A stretch of DNA of 64,000 nucleotides from the human T2T-CHM13v2.0 reference genome, Homo sapiens. The notes beneath the pieces are model-generated. The model made no database searches, was not told the DNA's origin, and saw only the letters and a list, made by a program, of their open reading frames with translations. Positions 14,149-27,785 of the stretch are shown piece by piece (the first letter of the stretch is position 1; each line of letters opens with the position of its first letter). Both the position numbers and the translations under genes were made by a program. The DNA lies in NCBI RefSeq assembly GCF_009914755.1, contig NC_060941.1. One strand, given 5' to 3'.

Positions 14149-14288
14149 TTTTTTTCTTTTTTCTTTCTTTGAGACAGGGTCTTGCTCTGTCGCCCAGACT
14201 GGAGTGCAGTGGGTGACAGATTGCACCCAGTGGTGCGATCATGGCTCACTGCAGTCTTGACCTCCCAGGCTTAAGTGATCCTCCTGCT
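14149..14288 (-). mobile_element. Partial AluJ (right-arm end only)
   Basis: gagacagggtcttgctctgtcgcccag...aagtgatcctcctgc, then breaks off. Confidence 0.85.
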
Positions 14289-15479
14289 TGTTGTCTGTGA
14301 GTCAAGTCTTGGTCCTGTAGCCTGGGCCTGCAAGGTACGTCCTGTTGTCAGGGTCTATTGGGATGGGCCTGGACCTGGGTCAGCTGGAGCCTTGGCCCTC
14401 AGGGTCAGGCCTGGATCCTGGGGCCACAGATGCTAGCCTGGCAAAGGGTGGGTCTGAAGCTTGGGACTTTGAGAGCTGGCCTGGTTCTGGGGCTAGTGTG
14501 GAGCCTGTGGCTGGCCTGGAGTCTGAGTAGTTAGGAGCCTGCCTATAGCATCAGGTCCCTTGGAATGGCCTGGCGGTGAGATAGGTCTGGAGCCCTGGGT
14601 ATGTGGGGCCAGCCTGGTGGTAGGGCAGGTCTGGAGCATGGGGCTGCAGGGTCTAGCCTGGAGCCTGAAGCTGTCGGGGCTCACCTGGCACTGGGGCAGG
14701 CGTGGAGGCTAGGTTTACATTGTAGTTCAAAAGCTAGGAGTGGTGACCAGGGCACAAAAAGAGATATCTACAGTGGAAGCCCTCTAAATCTGTTTTGAGG
14801 AATGAGAAAGGAACTCAACACTCAGAATATGCCAAATGCTCACCACCCCTTTCCTGTTGTTTTATTTTCTGCTGCCCCAACCCCCGACCTTAGTGGTAAC
14901 ATCAAGAATTCACATAAGCCAAAATACTGAGAAAGGGGAACCATCCTCTCTGGTGGAGCTATAGTACCAAGAGTTGTCAGGCCATTCTTTAGATTATTAA
15001 TGAAAGCTTTTTTTTTTTTCATTCTTCCTAGCACTGTGCTCCAGACACAGATATAGTCATGAAGTACATGCAGAGCAAGGTTACTATAGCCCTAGGTTTG
15101 TCAGGGTACCAAAAGAGGAGTCTTAGGGAAATGGAAAGTGCTGAAAAGATTGCTGTGAGGGGCACCTCAAAGTCAACCCCATTAAGTTTTTATGAGCTCC
15201 TGGAGTCACCCCTGAACTTCACAGGTGTGAATTTGGTCCTAATTGTCATACCATGGACTTTAGAACTGACCTAACAGATCACTGCCCAGCACCCTGACTG
15301 ACCACTTCAGGGTACACAGGCAGTACAGATATCAATAGCAAAGGCTTTGAAAAATGTAACTAACATTTCCTGTAGTATTAAAGAAGACTTGGAGTTTCAT
15401 AACTCAAAACATTCATAATGTCCGGATGCAACCAAAATTATATACAAAGATTGACATACAAATTACATATGAAATTGAT

Positions 15480-17430
15480 ACAGAAAGAACTAGGAAAATA
15501 GCAATTTGCAAGGGAAAAGACAACAGATACCAACTCCAAGAGATGACCGAGATATTGGAATTATCTGACAAAGATTTTAATGCAACTATTATAAAAATGC
15601 TTCTCTTTGGGGTGAAATAATGAAGGAAACCTTTTATTGTTACTATAACAATTGATGCCTCTCTTCTGAAGTGTAACATATTTCAGCCTGAAAAGTCTTA
15701 AATTTTTATCTCTCATGTATGAAATTAAATCAACACCCTATTTTTTATTTTATTAAAAATAATAATAAATAAATTCCCAATGGGAAAAAAATTAAAAAAT
15801 ACTCCAACAAGCAATCATGTGAACCTTCTTGAAATGAAAGGAAAAATAAAGTCTTAAGAAAGAAATAGGAGATATATAAAGAAGAACCTAATGAAAATTT
15901 TAGAAATACTAAATATAAAGACCCAAACAAGAAGCAAACTTGATGGGTTCAGTAGCATAATGGAAGTGACTGCAGAAGGAATTAGTGAACTTGAAGACAG
16001 ATCCATAGAAATTATCCAAATCTAAACAATAGAGAGAAAAGCAGGGGATGGCGGGGAAGAGAACCACAGGGATCTGTAGGATAATAACAGAAGATCTAGA
16101 TTCATAACATTGGAGTTCCAGAAAAAGAGAAGGAAAAATGTGGTGTTAAAATAATATTTGAAGAACTTATAGCTGGGAATTTGTCAAATTTGGTAAACAG
16201 CACAAGTTTACAGATTCAGGAAGCTGACTGAATCCTTAATAGGATAAATGCAAAGAAATTCATACTCTATCACTATGTGATCAATCTGCTGAAGACTAAA
16301 GATGAAGAAAAAGTCTTGAAAGCAGCCCGAGAGAAATAACACATTACCTAGAGGGGAACAACAATTTGAATGACTGTAGATTTCTCATCAGAAAACGTGC
16401 AGATCAGAAAGTTGTGGCAAAAATAGGCAGAGGATATAAACAAGAATATACACACACCAAATGGCCAGTAAAACATATGCTCAGCTTCATTATTAATGAG
16501 GGAAAGGCAAATTAAACAAGAATCAGATACCAATTCGCGTTGTTTAGCAGAAATGAAAAAAACCTGAGTAGTATTCGTGAGATTGTGAGGAAATGGGAAC
16601 ATTAACTTTTTGTGGAAATAAAAATTAACGCAACTGTCTTTGGCAGAAATTTGGTTGCTCTTATGGAGTTTTTGCATTATATTATTTAGTAGTTTCGCTT
16701 CTATATCTTGAACATGTGCACAAGGAGCTTATATACAAGCAGATTAGACATGTGCTATAGGAAATGGTTCATTGCAGACTTCCTTTTGAAGTACTATAAA
16801 TTTGGAGACTATCTAAATCTTCATTAGTAAGAGAATAGATACAATTGATATATTCATACAGTGGAATACTAGAGTTAAAATGAATTCGACAGATAAATTT
16901 CAAAACATAAGTATTAAGTAAAAATGGCACATTGCTGGATGATATAGTTTCATTACACTTACATAGTATAAACATTTGTGGAGGCATATATATGTAATAA
17001 AAGTATAAAAACATGCATGTTTTTATTCTAGAGTTAAAATGAATTCTAGAGTTAAAATGAACGTCCACACAGATAAATTTCAAAACATAAGTATTAAGTA
17101 AAAATGGCACATTGCTGGATGATATAGTATCATTACACTTACGTAATATAAACATTTGTGGAGGCATATATATGTAATAAAAGTATAAAAACATGCTTGT
17201 GATTTTACATATTAAGATATAGCGGTTAATTTGGGGAGGGATGGAAGAAGGGAAACTGTATTGGAGAACTGTATAATGAAAATATCAGCTGTGTACAACT
17301 GGTAGTGTTTTAGTTTAAAACAAATTGATGTAAATATGGGAAATCTTAAGATTTGGTGAAGTTTGATAGTTGCTATATCAGTGTGAGTTATATTTTTCAC
17401 CGTATTTTCTATATATTAAATTTATTTACA
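15480..17430 (+). mobile_element. Old L1M/L1ME ORF1 and 3' fragments
   Basis: gatattggaattatctgacaaagatttt, aaagtcttgaaagcagcccgagagaaa, gatttctcatcagaaa are ORF1 motifs. Confidence 0.7.
16869..17196. repeat. Young tandem duplication (period 180 bp)
   Basis: 16889-17016 and 17069-17196 are identical except for 3 substitutions. Confidence 0.97.
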
Positions 17431-17502
17431 ATAAGATAATTAACTTATTTGTATATAATTTTGATAATTATGATTGTTATGAACATTTACATTATGAACA
17501 TA

Positions 17503-17692
17503 TTTCTCAGCTATTGGCACTGTTGAAATCTGAGGCCTGATAATTCTTTGTGGTGGTAGGCAGTCCTGTGAATTCTAGAATATTTAGCAGCATCCCTAGC
17601 CTCTGCCCTTTAGAAATGAGTAGCACTCTTCCAATTGTAACAACCAAAAATGTCCCTAGAAGTCCGTGGTTTGCTCCTGGTTGAAAATCACC
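17503..17692 (-). mobile_element. MER20 hAT-Charlie
   Basis: tttagcagcatccctagcctct...ttgtaacaaccaaaaatgtc...ggttgaaaatcac. Confidence 0.8.
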
Positions 17693-18840
17693 AATTTAGA
17701 GACTACAAAGTGCTGTCACATGTGTTAGCTCATTTGAACCTCACAACAGCCTTCAGAAGAAGATGTTACTTTGACCTCAGTTTTACAGATGAAAACACTG
17801 AGACTCAGAGAAATCATCTAAAAATGACAGATATGGAACTAAAACTCAGGTCTTATTATGCCCACATACTGACTTTTTGTTCATTTGTATGTACATGAGT
17901 ATATATTCCCACACATTTCCTGGTAACCTTACTAAAAGTAGAATACAAATTAAACATTCTAAAAAGTTTCTTATTTTTGTATTTCATTCACAGGCATATT
18001 ATTTCATATCTCCTCTAGTAATTTGTTGATGTCTGTCTCAGGCATCTTAGTGATTACTGGGTTCCATTGTGCTTTTTTCATGAAAACTTCTTATAAATAA
18101 TTACAAATTAAATAAAAGGAGTAGGTCCTCTACAGAGGACTGTTGTATTCTTCTGTTTTGCCTGGGTCTGTCTTTTTTGACATGCCATATTTTCATTCTG
18201 CATTTGGAGAAAATAGGTTACCAATAGAAACTTTTGCTGGGCTGCTTTTATTTCCTTATTAACTATCATGAAGTGTTTATGTAAAATACTTGTTTACAGA
18301 AATTTTTATAAATGGATTTTCATATTCAAAATATAATTTTGGTTTCAAACCCAAGTATCAAATTCAGACTGTAGAAATTATGTACACATTAGTTTTTCAT
18401 GAAAATAGGAAATGATATTACCACATAATCTAGATATTGTGGTTTTCAACAATGTTTATTTAGAATAAAAACCATAAACTTAAGGGGAAAAAAAATCTCT
18501 TTCACAATGCATTGTGCACTTTTAGTCACCTCGCAAGAGCCTTTCTTGGGCACAGAGAAGATTGAGATGTAACATGTAATTAAGCAGTCAGGTATTCCAT
18601 TCATTTGGGGTGGTTTTTTGGGAATTTTACATTTTACTCACTAAAGGATCACCTAGAGAGAGCCAAGAAAAGGGTCCTTGAGCCCATGCAGCCATTAAAC
18701 TTTCAATGGCCCCTAGGCCGGACATCATTTGCAGAGCCGCCTTCTCATCCTTACTGGCCTTACTCTCAAGTCATTCAACTCATTCCTTTTCACAGAGATT
18801 GCTCTAATTAGCCTTCTAAACTAATCTCCCTGCCTTTAGA

Positions 18841-19050
18841 TCAGGGGTCATTTCCCACTGGCCAAATCTAGGTCACTCCTAGTTTTTGTAGGGCCCATAA
18901 TCTAAGAATGGTTTTTATATTTGTAAATGGTTAAAAAAAATTAAAAGGATAATAATATTTTGTGACATATAAATTATATGAAATGAAAATTTTAGTGTCC
19001 ATAAAGAAAATTTTATTAGAGTAGAACCACATGTGTTTGTTCATCCAGTA
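18841..19050. mobile_element. MER58-like fragment
   Basis: ggccaaatct...ctaagaatggtttttatattt...agtgtccataaa. Confidence 0.65.
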
Positions 19051-19553
19051 TCGAAAACCACCACCCTAGTCTCTACACTACTATAAGGGGTATCTTTTTA
19101 AAATGCAAATTATTCTAGGTAAATGTGTTTAAAGATTTTTTTAAAAAACATTAAGCAGGTCAGGGTTCTTAGTTGTTTCTCACAATGTAATTTCTATGAC
19201 AGCACATGCAGGTTAACATTGTGCCTCACTATAGGTGAGTTAAAAATGTTTCCATCTCAAGTGGTTGATTTGATAAGAGTAATTCATATATCAGTGTCAT
19301 GAGCATTGACCTTTTCACTAAAAAGAAAATGTATCGTATTTTCACACTGTAAGCATTTAGAAAGAACTACTTTTACTTACTTCTTTTCTTGTTAGAGCAG
19401 CTTTTTTCTTGAATTCCTTGTAAAGCATGTATACCTAAGCTTGCTGTGATAGATTTCATAGATGTGGGGAATAGATGCATGATAGGGACTTTAGTTACCT
19501 AAGCATGGGTATACAGAATGTCAGGTGCCAAATTTTCTTAATAGAGTGTAGAA

Positions 19554-19719
19554 TTTTTTTTTTTAAAGAGTCAAGGTCTCCCCTTGTCACCTAATTGGAG
19601 TGTGGTGGTGTGATCATAGCATAGCTCATTGTAACCTCAAATTCCTGGCCTCAAGCGATCCTCCCACCTTGGGCTCCCAAAGTGCTGGGATTACAGGTGT
19701 GAATCATTTTGCTCAGCCC
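19554..19719 (-). mobile_element. FLAM/Alu monomer-type
   Basis: ctcccaaagtgctgggattacaggtgtga; TSD-like tagaattt. Confidence 0.85.
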
Positions 19720-22204
19720 TAGAATTTCTTAAATAGTGGTCTTCATTAGAAAGGAGCAGTAATATAGACCTGGAGAGGGAGGGTTATAGGGTTGGCAGTG
19801 TACCAGAATTCCTACTGAGGTACTTTATTTTGGTTGTGGCCAGTTGATTGTCAAGAGAAGCTCTCTTTTAGTAGAATGAATAGACAGAGACACCAAACAT
19901 GGCTTTTGGGAAAAACATTTTTTTTTCTTTAGAGAATATATCTTTTGATTTTATATTGGAAGCACATAGGAAGGTTATATTGTAAGACTAAGTCTTCATA
20001 ACCTGCTTTGTTAGAATGCCTCTATTCTGTAAAGGAATAATTGCTATAGTTACTGATTAGTGCTTTTTTAACATCGTTTTTATGAGAAAAGAATAAAACG
20101 GGAACATGAATTGAACTCAAAATATTTAATAAATTTGGGTAGAAATTAGTATCAGAGAGATGTATTGAGTCAAACATCCTTGGGTTAAAATCCAGTTTCA
20201 TTTTTACTGGTTTTGTCATTGGATTTCAGTTAGTCACCATGAGTTTCAGTGTTCTCAGCTGTGAAATAGGTCTTTACTTCATAGGGCTTTGATGAACTAT
20301 GTAAAATACCTGGCAGAGAGTACATAGTAATTATTGGCTGCCTTTCTGTTCTTAAATACATTTTAGAAAGAAGAGAAAACTTTAGGATTTTTGGACATAT
20401 TGAATATTAATTCACAAGAGAGTGAGGTAGAAGGAATCCTAGAGGGTTTAAAACTTAGAAATTAAATTTGAGTTGGCCCAGTTGAAATACTGAGCCTTAT
20501 TAAAAAGAATCCATATTTATAGAGTTGTTTACTTAGAATTTGATATACAGTTAAGAAGGATTGTAAATGTTCACATTTCCTTTAAAAGGACAAAATTAAA
20601 GAATTTAAGTTTTAATTTCAACAGAGGCAGATCAGCCATTCAGAGATGATAATCCATGAGTAGATTTTTGCTTTAATTTTTAAAAATAATGTCAAAGAAA
20701 AATTTCTTATATTTGTCTTTCAGATAACACCTTATTTTGTCAACATGTCTATTTTTATTCAAATGTGGTAACTTATATAGTAACAGCAGAACTAAAATAA
20801 ACTGATTTATATTTAAAAAGTATTTTCATACTGGAGGAAAAAATATGGTTGCCTATCACTTTGAGTATCTTTCTATGTGATAAGTTATTTTACAAATCTG
20901 ACTAAATTAGTGGAGTGTTTTACTAGATTACTGTGGACTAAGAGATATGAATATTTCCTGGCAATGTACTTATTATTTTGTATTGTCGTCGTATATTTGG
21001 AATCGATTGATTAAATGTTACTGTACTTGCTAGTTTAACAGCCCTCTACAAAATAGAGAATAGTTGATATATATACATGAATTGGATTTAATTATTGCTA
21101 GGCCTTACATATAATAAATATACTTAAAAGGAAGCTTTATATCAATAATGAATTAAAAAACAGGCCATTCTGTTTAAAAAGCAATAGATGTTACTACACG
21201 AGCTCTATTAAAAACAATAAACCATAGAATAAGTAGATGACAGAGCAAGAATACTCTTTATTAAACCTGCTTGCAGCTACTACCCCTTTTCCCTGTCAAG
21301 TTAAAAATAAGACAAGTGATTGTATGAAAGAACGAACAAAGGAAATTGTTTGATGCCTTAATGCATTTTTCATCTGATTAAAGTGATAACAAATTTATAG
21401 GTGTATAGACCACTATGTTAAAGATTTTGCTTGGTTTAGTTTCATATTTTATATTATACTTTACATTCTTAATATATTAATTTCTGTTTTACTGTGCCTA
21501 TTTTAATGAATTTATGATGCATAATTTTTCTGTTTCTATATAACAAAATTGAGGCAATTATTTACAATAAAGTAAAATTTGTTTTAGCTTTTCTTAACAT
21601 GCATGAGGGAATATACTGTTTTGGTTATTTCTTAAAAGAAGATGTATACAATGAAATGGATTTGTTTCTATATAATTTTAAAAATCATGGTAAAATAAAC
21701 TCAAGATTTATTTGGTTTTTAGCTTTTATTGATTTATTTTATAGGTTTATTGATTTTTATTTCATAAAACATACGAATGTAATTCTTATTATAGTAAAAC
21801 AGTACTAGGGATTATTTGATGTGCTGTTGTACTTTAGACAGAAAAAGCAGCTGTAATTAATTTAAAAGATTGTTTTAAATCAGGCCTTCTTAACTGGAAT
21901 TCTGTGACTGAACTTTGGTGTTGATAACTTTCCTTCATTATATGCAAAGTAGAGTATATACATATGGGGGAGGGGAAAAACACCTACACTTTCTTAAGAC
22001 TTCAAGAGGGGAGTGTAAACCCACAAAAATCAGGGTAAGAACCATTGGTTTATATAAGAAAAATCCTCAAATATTTTAATGATCCGGATTATAGGAAATA
22101 CAAATAAATGATCGATATAGTAGTTTTAAATGTAGATAATGTCAGAGACACTGTTATGTCAATCTCATTATCTATTTGCTTATGCTCCTTTTAATTTTAT
22201 GCAG

Positions 22205-22276
22205 ATGGAGGGAGCGAGGAACCACCGGATCGAAGACAGTCAAGTGTAGACTCTCGCCAAAGCCGCTCTGGGCAAG
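22205..22276 (+). CDS. TANC2: Internal coding exon of TANC2 N-terminus, 72 nt, phase 1-1: (D)[23 protein letters not shown](G)
   Basis: Acceptor ttttaattttatgcag|ATGG and donor CAAG|gtaaat. GC/CpG-rich island in AT-rich intron. Peptide matches my recollection of the TANC2 N-terminus and joins in frame to the exon at 47419. Confidence 0.93.
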
Positions 22277-23796
22277 GTAAATTTTCATCAGATTGATTAT
22301 TAAATTTCAAAAAATAACGATAGATATTTCTTTCTAGTACTTAATTTGGAGACTAGGATATTGCCATGGTATAGTTTAGATATTCTAGTTTCTCATTTAG
22401 GATTTAAATGATATGATGTAAAAATCTATATATTATTTATTCAAGATATATGAAAATTAAATATTGTCTTGTGCCTGTTTTTTTAAATGATATTAACTTT
22501 TAAGTAATTTTGAAGCATTATGGTATATATCTGGATATCACTTTTGGAATGGATCCAAAAGTGAATTTTCAACACCAACATTTGTTGGAGTATCATCACA
22601 CACTGGCTTTTTAAATTTCATCAATATAGTATTTGTTGTCTTAGCTGTCTCAGAAGAAATGGTTTTTGTTGGTAATTGCTATATTAGGATCTTCCTACTT
22701 ATTTTTCTTTTCTATTTAAAATTTATTATCATAGGCCTTTGATTAATTTTTGAAGGGACAACTTCAAAACTAGGTAAAAACATTCTGAGTCAGTGAAATA
22801 CCCAGTTAGACCTTTTCTAACTTATTTAACATTGCATGACCACCAGCTCTCTATTCCTTTTTCTTTATAGTACTTACCACCTTCCTATTTATTCTGTTTA
22901 TTTTCTCTGTTCAAAACTAGAATGGATGTTTCGTGATAGCAGTGATTTTTATGCTTTGTTCACTGCTGTATCCTTATGTGCCAATAATAAGTACATAGTA
23001 TATAGTAGTCACTAAATAAATGGTGAATGAATGATCTGAAAGAGAATGAGTTGAGAACCCAAAATGATGAAAAATAGATTATAAAATTTCAGACAATCAT
23101 TTATTGAGTTTGGTTTTCAAAGAATCTTTAATAGCATAAAATAAAATAAAGCTGAGATTTACAGATGTGCAGTTTTTAATCCTGTAAAAGCTTCAGATTT
23201 ATTTATTCTATAATCGTGTCCCTCTTTTTCTCCAAGTTTGCTCTTCCCAGTTTTTAGAGCTGTACTATTTTTATAAAACTGTTTGTTGCAGATTAAAAAG
23301 AGGAATAATATGAGTTGAAAATTTTAACTTATGCTAATACTTAATCATACTTAAGTAATAAGCATGTATTATGACTATGTCTGGAATTTATCTTATTCAC
23401 TCTTATTTTCCCTGTAAACATATTTTGATATAAAAATGAGATTATGTAAAACTCTAAAAATAAAATTAGTACAAATTACTACTAAAATTGTAATTATTAA
23501 ATGTCAAATTTTATTAAGTATCAAATATAGATGTTTGAAATCACTTATCTAATTTACTCTGAGCTTTGTCAGTTAAAATATTTTTCAAATCAATGAGCGT
23601 AATTGAATTTTATTAACAAAGCTAAAACTTCAAACAACAAAACCAGGGATTTCTGTGATCCAGAGGACAACTACGTGATCTCAATTTGAAGTCACCAGGA
23701 ATTGTATCATTGTTAGAGTTAATTGATAGTAAAAGCATGTTTCTTAACTTTTTAGAGATTTTATTTGTAATATCTCTTTATTCAAAAGAAATATAT

Positions 23797-24080
23797 ATTT
23801 TTTTTTATATGGAATCTTGCTTTGTCGCCTAGGCTGGAGTGCAGAGTGCAATGGCTTGATCTTGGCTCACTGCAACCTCCGCCTCCCGGGTTCAAGCGAT
23901 TCTCCTGCCTCAGCCTCCTGAGTAGATGGGATTACAGGCCCGGCTTTTTTTGTATTTTTAGTGGAGATGAGTTTTCACCATATTGGCCAGGCTGGTCTCG
24001 GAACTTCTGACCTCAAGTGATCCATTCACCTCACCCTCCCAAAGTGCTAGGATTACAGGTGTGAGCCACCGCGCCTGGCC
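23797..24080 (-). mobile_element. AluS with small internal deletion
   Basis: Dimeric Alu ending gagccaccgcgcctggcc. Confidence 0.95.
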
Positions 24081-24399
24081 AGAAAGAAAATTATAAAAAA
24101 CTATCAATAATGAGTTGAAATGAATGAGAAATAGTATTAGGAGTAAAAGATGGGATGAGTATAAAACGTTTGTTACCTCGAGAAACCCACTGAAAGATCA
24201 GTAAAGAAGGATTGGAAGGAGAAAGTATCAACACAGTTTTAGAAACTGGAGAGTATATGAATAATTGAAAACTGAACTCCAACAGTAGCAGAGGAAATCA
24301 ACAAAACAACCTCGAGAGGTCTCAAAAAGCTTGAGAATGGCAGTGTGTGGAAATGGAGATGCAGTGACAATTGGTTGAAAGTCAGATGAAGAAGCATTG

Positions 24400-25950
24400 G
24401 GTTTCTGGAACTTCCTCCCCAAAACCACCTAACCAGTCAGCTGGGCAAATGCTGAACTCCTCACCCCTAACCAAAAGCAAAATTTATCCTTAGGAGTGGG
24501 GAAAACCAGAAACACTGTAGCCTGGGAGACACCAGGCATAGTTGAGGGCAGAAGTCCCATGCTAAAAATGGGAGAATTGGACCTTAGATATCTCTCTCCT
24601 GTTTTCTCCTACTGGGCTCCCAGAATACTGGCAGTTAGACCTTCAGATTTCAGGCAGGAGGTTGGAAAAAAAAAGTCTTTTCTGGAGAATCTGACCAAAA
24701 AAAGGAAGATAAAAGAAGAAAGAGGAAATTTAGTCATCAGAGATTCCTGAAATAAACAGGCCAGTTAGCTCACTCCATGTATCAAAGCTCCAAATCAGCT
24801 TTTCAGTCCCCTGCCCTTAAATATGAGCAGCTAACAAAGATGAGTAGATATTTGAAGAAACTCTCTAAATGTATGAAAGATAGAAGTTAAATGGAATAAA
24901 ACAACTTGGAGAGACATACATTTTTGCAGAGGAAAATTATAGAACTATTATCCCCAGAAATAAGAGAAAATAACCATGAAACAAGAAAGAAGTACATAAA
25001 AGAGTGATATTATGACTTTAAAAAAGGCTCTTAGGCATTGAAATTCTGATAGTAAAAACCAAAAGCTTCGTAGAATTATCAGAGACTAATGTGCTGAAAG
25101 AAACTCTGAAAAAATAGAGCAAAAGGACAAAAATAAGAAACGAAGGAGGAGTGTTAAGAAAAATCACAGGATCAGTCCAGGAATTTCAGTATTCAAATAA
25201 TAGTTGTCAAAAGAAACACCAGAGAAAATGGAAAAGAAATCATCAAGATGATTCAAGATAATTTTCTTAACTGAAGAGCATAAAGTTTCCTGATTGAAAA
25301 GGCTCACTTTGTGCTTAGTACAATGGATGAAAATAGATCCAAACTAAGGCACATTGTGGTGAAATTTGAAATCACTGGAGCCAAACAGATCGTTCATGCT
25401 TCTGGGGGGTGGGAGGGAATGAGTTGGCTTTGCACTTCTCAGTCGTAGCATTGGAAACTGAAAAATAAAGCAGCATCTTCAGTATTCTGAAGGAAAATAA
25501 TTTTCAATCTCTGAATTCCATATGCATTGATACTATTATTCAAATATAAGAATAGAATTAGATGTATACATTTTCAAAAACAATCTGCCTGTCTTATACA
25601 CTTTCTAAGGAATCTGTTGGAGGATGTGATCCATCAAATGAAAAAGTCAGCCAAATGAAAGAAATGAATTACAAGAGACAGGAAAGTCAATAAAGCAGAA
25701 AGATCCTTCAGAATGACAATAAAAAGAAGGGGATAGAGGGCTAGCAGTTCAGATTGGAGTGGGTTAGAAGCCTCCAGAAGAGTGGTCTTCAGGAAAATGA
25801 GATTGGTAGAAACCTGATGCAATTAATTGTCTTTAGAAAAGTTTTAGACAACTGATGAGAGTCTCAAGGTTGAAATGGTGATAAATACATAAAATAGTAA
25901 GCAAAAGAAAGTTCTGAACTACAGGGAAGATAAATAATGTGTAAGAAAGG
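24400..25950 (+). mobile_element. HAL1/L1 ORF1-like ancient element
   Basis: gattgaaaaggctcac...caatggatgaaaatagatccaaactaaggcacattgtggtgaaattt resembles recalled HAL1. Confidence 0.6.
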
Positions 25951-26149
25951 AGATGTTAGAATAATGTCGTCAGTTCTTTAGCAGAATCCAGAGTAGTTGA
26001 TGTCCAAGCCAGTCACCTCCAGTAGAAAACGTGATCAGTTTACTTAATTATGTGGTACAAATAGCTTCATTATTTATTTGATTTGGACTATTATGATAGG
26101 AAACAATGCTCTAAAGGAGGGCAAGTCTGACCTGTGACTTTGTTTTTGT

Positions 26150-27785
26150 ATGGTTGGTGTATTTGATTTGCTAAGAATTTAAATTATTTTTGCATCTATA
26201 TTCACATGGAATATTGACTTTTCATTTTCTTGTTTTCTAATGTCTTTATCTGGTTTTAATATCAGAATAATGCTGGCCTCATAGAATAAGTTGGAAGTTT
26301 CAACTTCAGTTTCCTCCTCTTCAGTTTCCTAAGCTACATCGTGTAGAATTGATATTATTTCATCCTTAACTGTTTGATACAATTTCTCAGAAGCTAATTG
26401 GGCTTGGAATTTTATTTGCTGGAAGGTTTTTAAATGTGAATTCAAGTTATTTAATAAATATAGGACTATTAAAATTATGTGTTTCTTCTTGAGAAACATT
26501 TTAATATCTGCATAATCTGTAGTGATGTAAGCATTCTCATTTCTGATACTGGTAATTTGGGTATTCTTTCTCACTGTCCTGATCATTTTGGACAAAGATT
26601 TGTCAGTTTTATACATCTCAGAGAATCAGTTTTGTATTTGGTTTCTGTATTGCTTTCCTGTCTTCTATGTCATTGATTTATACTTTGTCCTTTATTATTT
26701 TCTTTCTTCTGCCTGCTTTGGGTTTAATTTTATCTTTTTCTTGTTTCTTAAGGTAGAATCTGGGGTCATTGATATGAAAGCTTTCTCTTCTAATATAGGA
26801 ATTTAGTGTTATAAATTTCTGTTTACTGCTTTAGTTAGTTACATAGATTCTGATAAGTAGTATTTTCATTTAGTTCAAAAATACCCTTTTGATTTTTTCT
26901 TTGACCCATGTGTTATTTAGAAGTATGTTGATGTAGTTTCCAAACATTTGGAAGTTTTTCAGATATCTTTCTCTTATTGATTCTTACTTAAATTTCATTG
27001 TGATCAGAGGACAAACTTTCTGTAGGTTGAATCATTTTAAATTTGTTAAGACTTGTTTTATGGCCCAGGAAATGATCTATTTTAATAACTGTTCTGTGTG
27101 CGCTTTAAAAGAAAGTGTATTATGCTGTTTTAGGGTGGAAGGTTCTATAAATGTCAACCTGATCACGTTGATTGATAGTGTTATTTAAGTCTTCTATCTT
27201 CTTGCCGATTTTCTTTCTACTTGTTGAACAGCAAGGAATATTGAAATCTCAGGCTATAACTGTGGATTTGTCTATTTCTCCTTGCAGTTCTGTCACATTC
27301 CTTGTACCACTGGTCCTCTGATAAGAAAAATTCCTCTTCCTCAGAGATTTATGTGTCTCTTCAGCTATAGCTGCTGGTTGTGAGATGGGCTTGCTTAGGA
27401 ACAGGGCTGGATGAGAAAGGTAAAAGAAGAAAAAGCCAGGGGATTTCCCCCATTCACGCAGTCCCATATAGAGGCCCTCCATTCCCACTTTCTAACCAGA
27501 AAGAGAAGACTTATTTTGTATCTCTTTGTGTTTGTTCCTGGTGTGTAGCTCCAGGATTTGGATTCAGGCTTGGGGTTTGGGGTACATAAAAAACAGCTGG
27601 AAACTCATTGCTGAACTGGTTGTACTTTAAGTTCTAGTTTTCTTCCACAGTTTGCCCACTATTGTTTTCTTTTCTGAGTCTCAGATTGCTGGTTCATCAT
27701 TCTTTCCAGGATTTTCAGTTATATTCAGGGGTTTTAGTTACATTCAGTTAAGGCATAGTGTGCTTACTTCATCTTAACCTTCTGT
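26150..27785 (-). mobile_element. Old L1M ORF2 fragment plus 5'-end fragment
   Basis: Peptides QITSIRNENAYITTDYADIK and ELQGEIDKSTVI (L1 ORF2 endonuclease/Z region). Confidence 0.8.

Noticed and set aside
14290-14730. GC-rich tract as CpG island/promoter or exon
   Set aside because: Few CpGs, and the degenerate ggcctgga repeats resemble old L1 5' region sequence.
16769-17194. 141-aa ORF with internal repeat
   Set aside because: By-product of the 180-bp (in-frame) tandem duplication within an old L1.
22205-22249. ATG at exon start as TANC2 initiator
   Set aside because: That frame stops after 14 codons (TAG); the TANC2 frame is phase 1 from an upstream exon outside the window.
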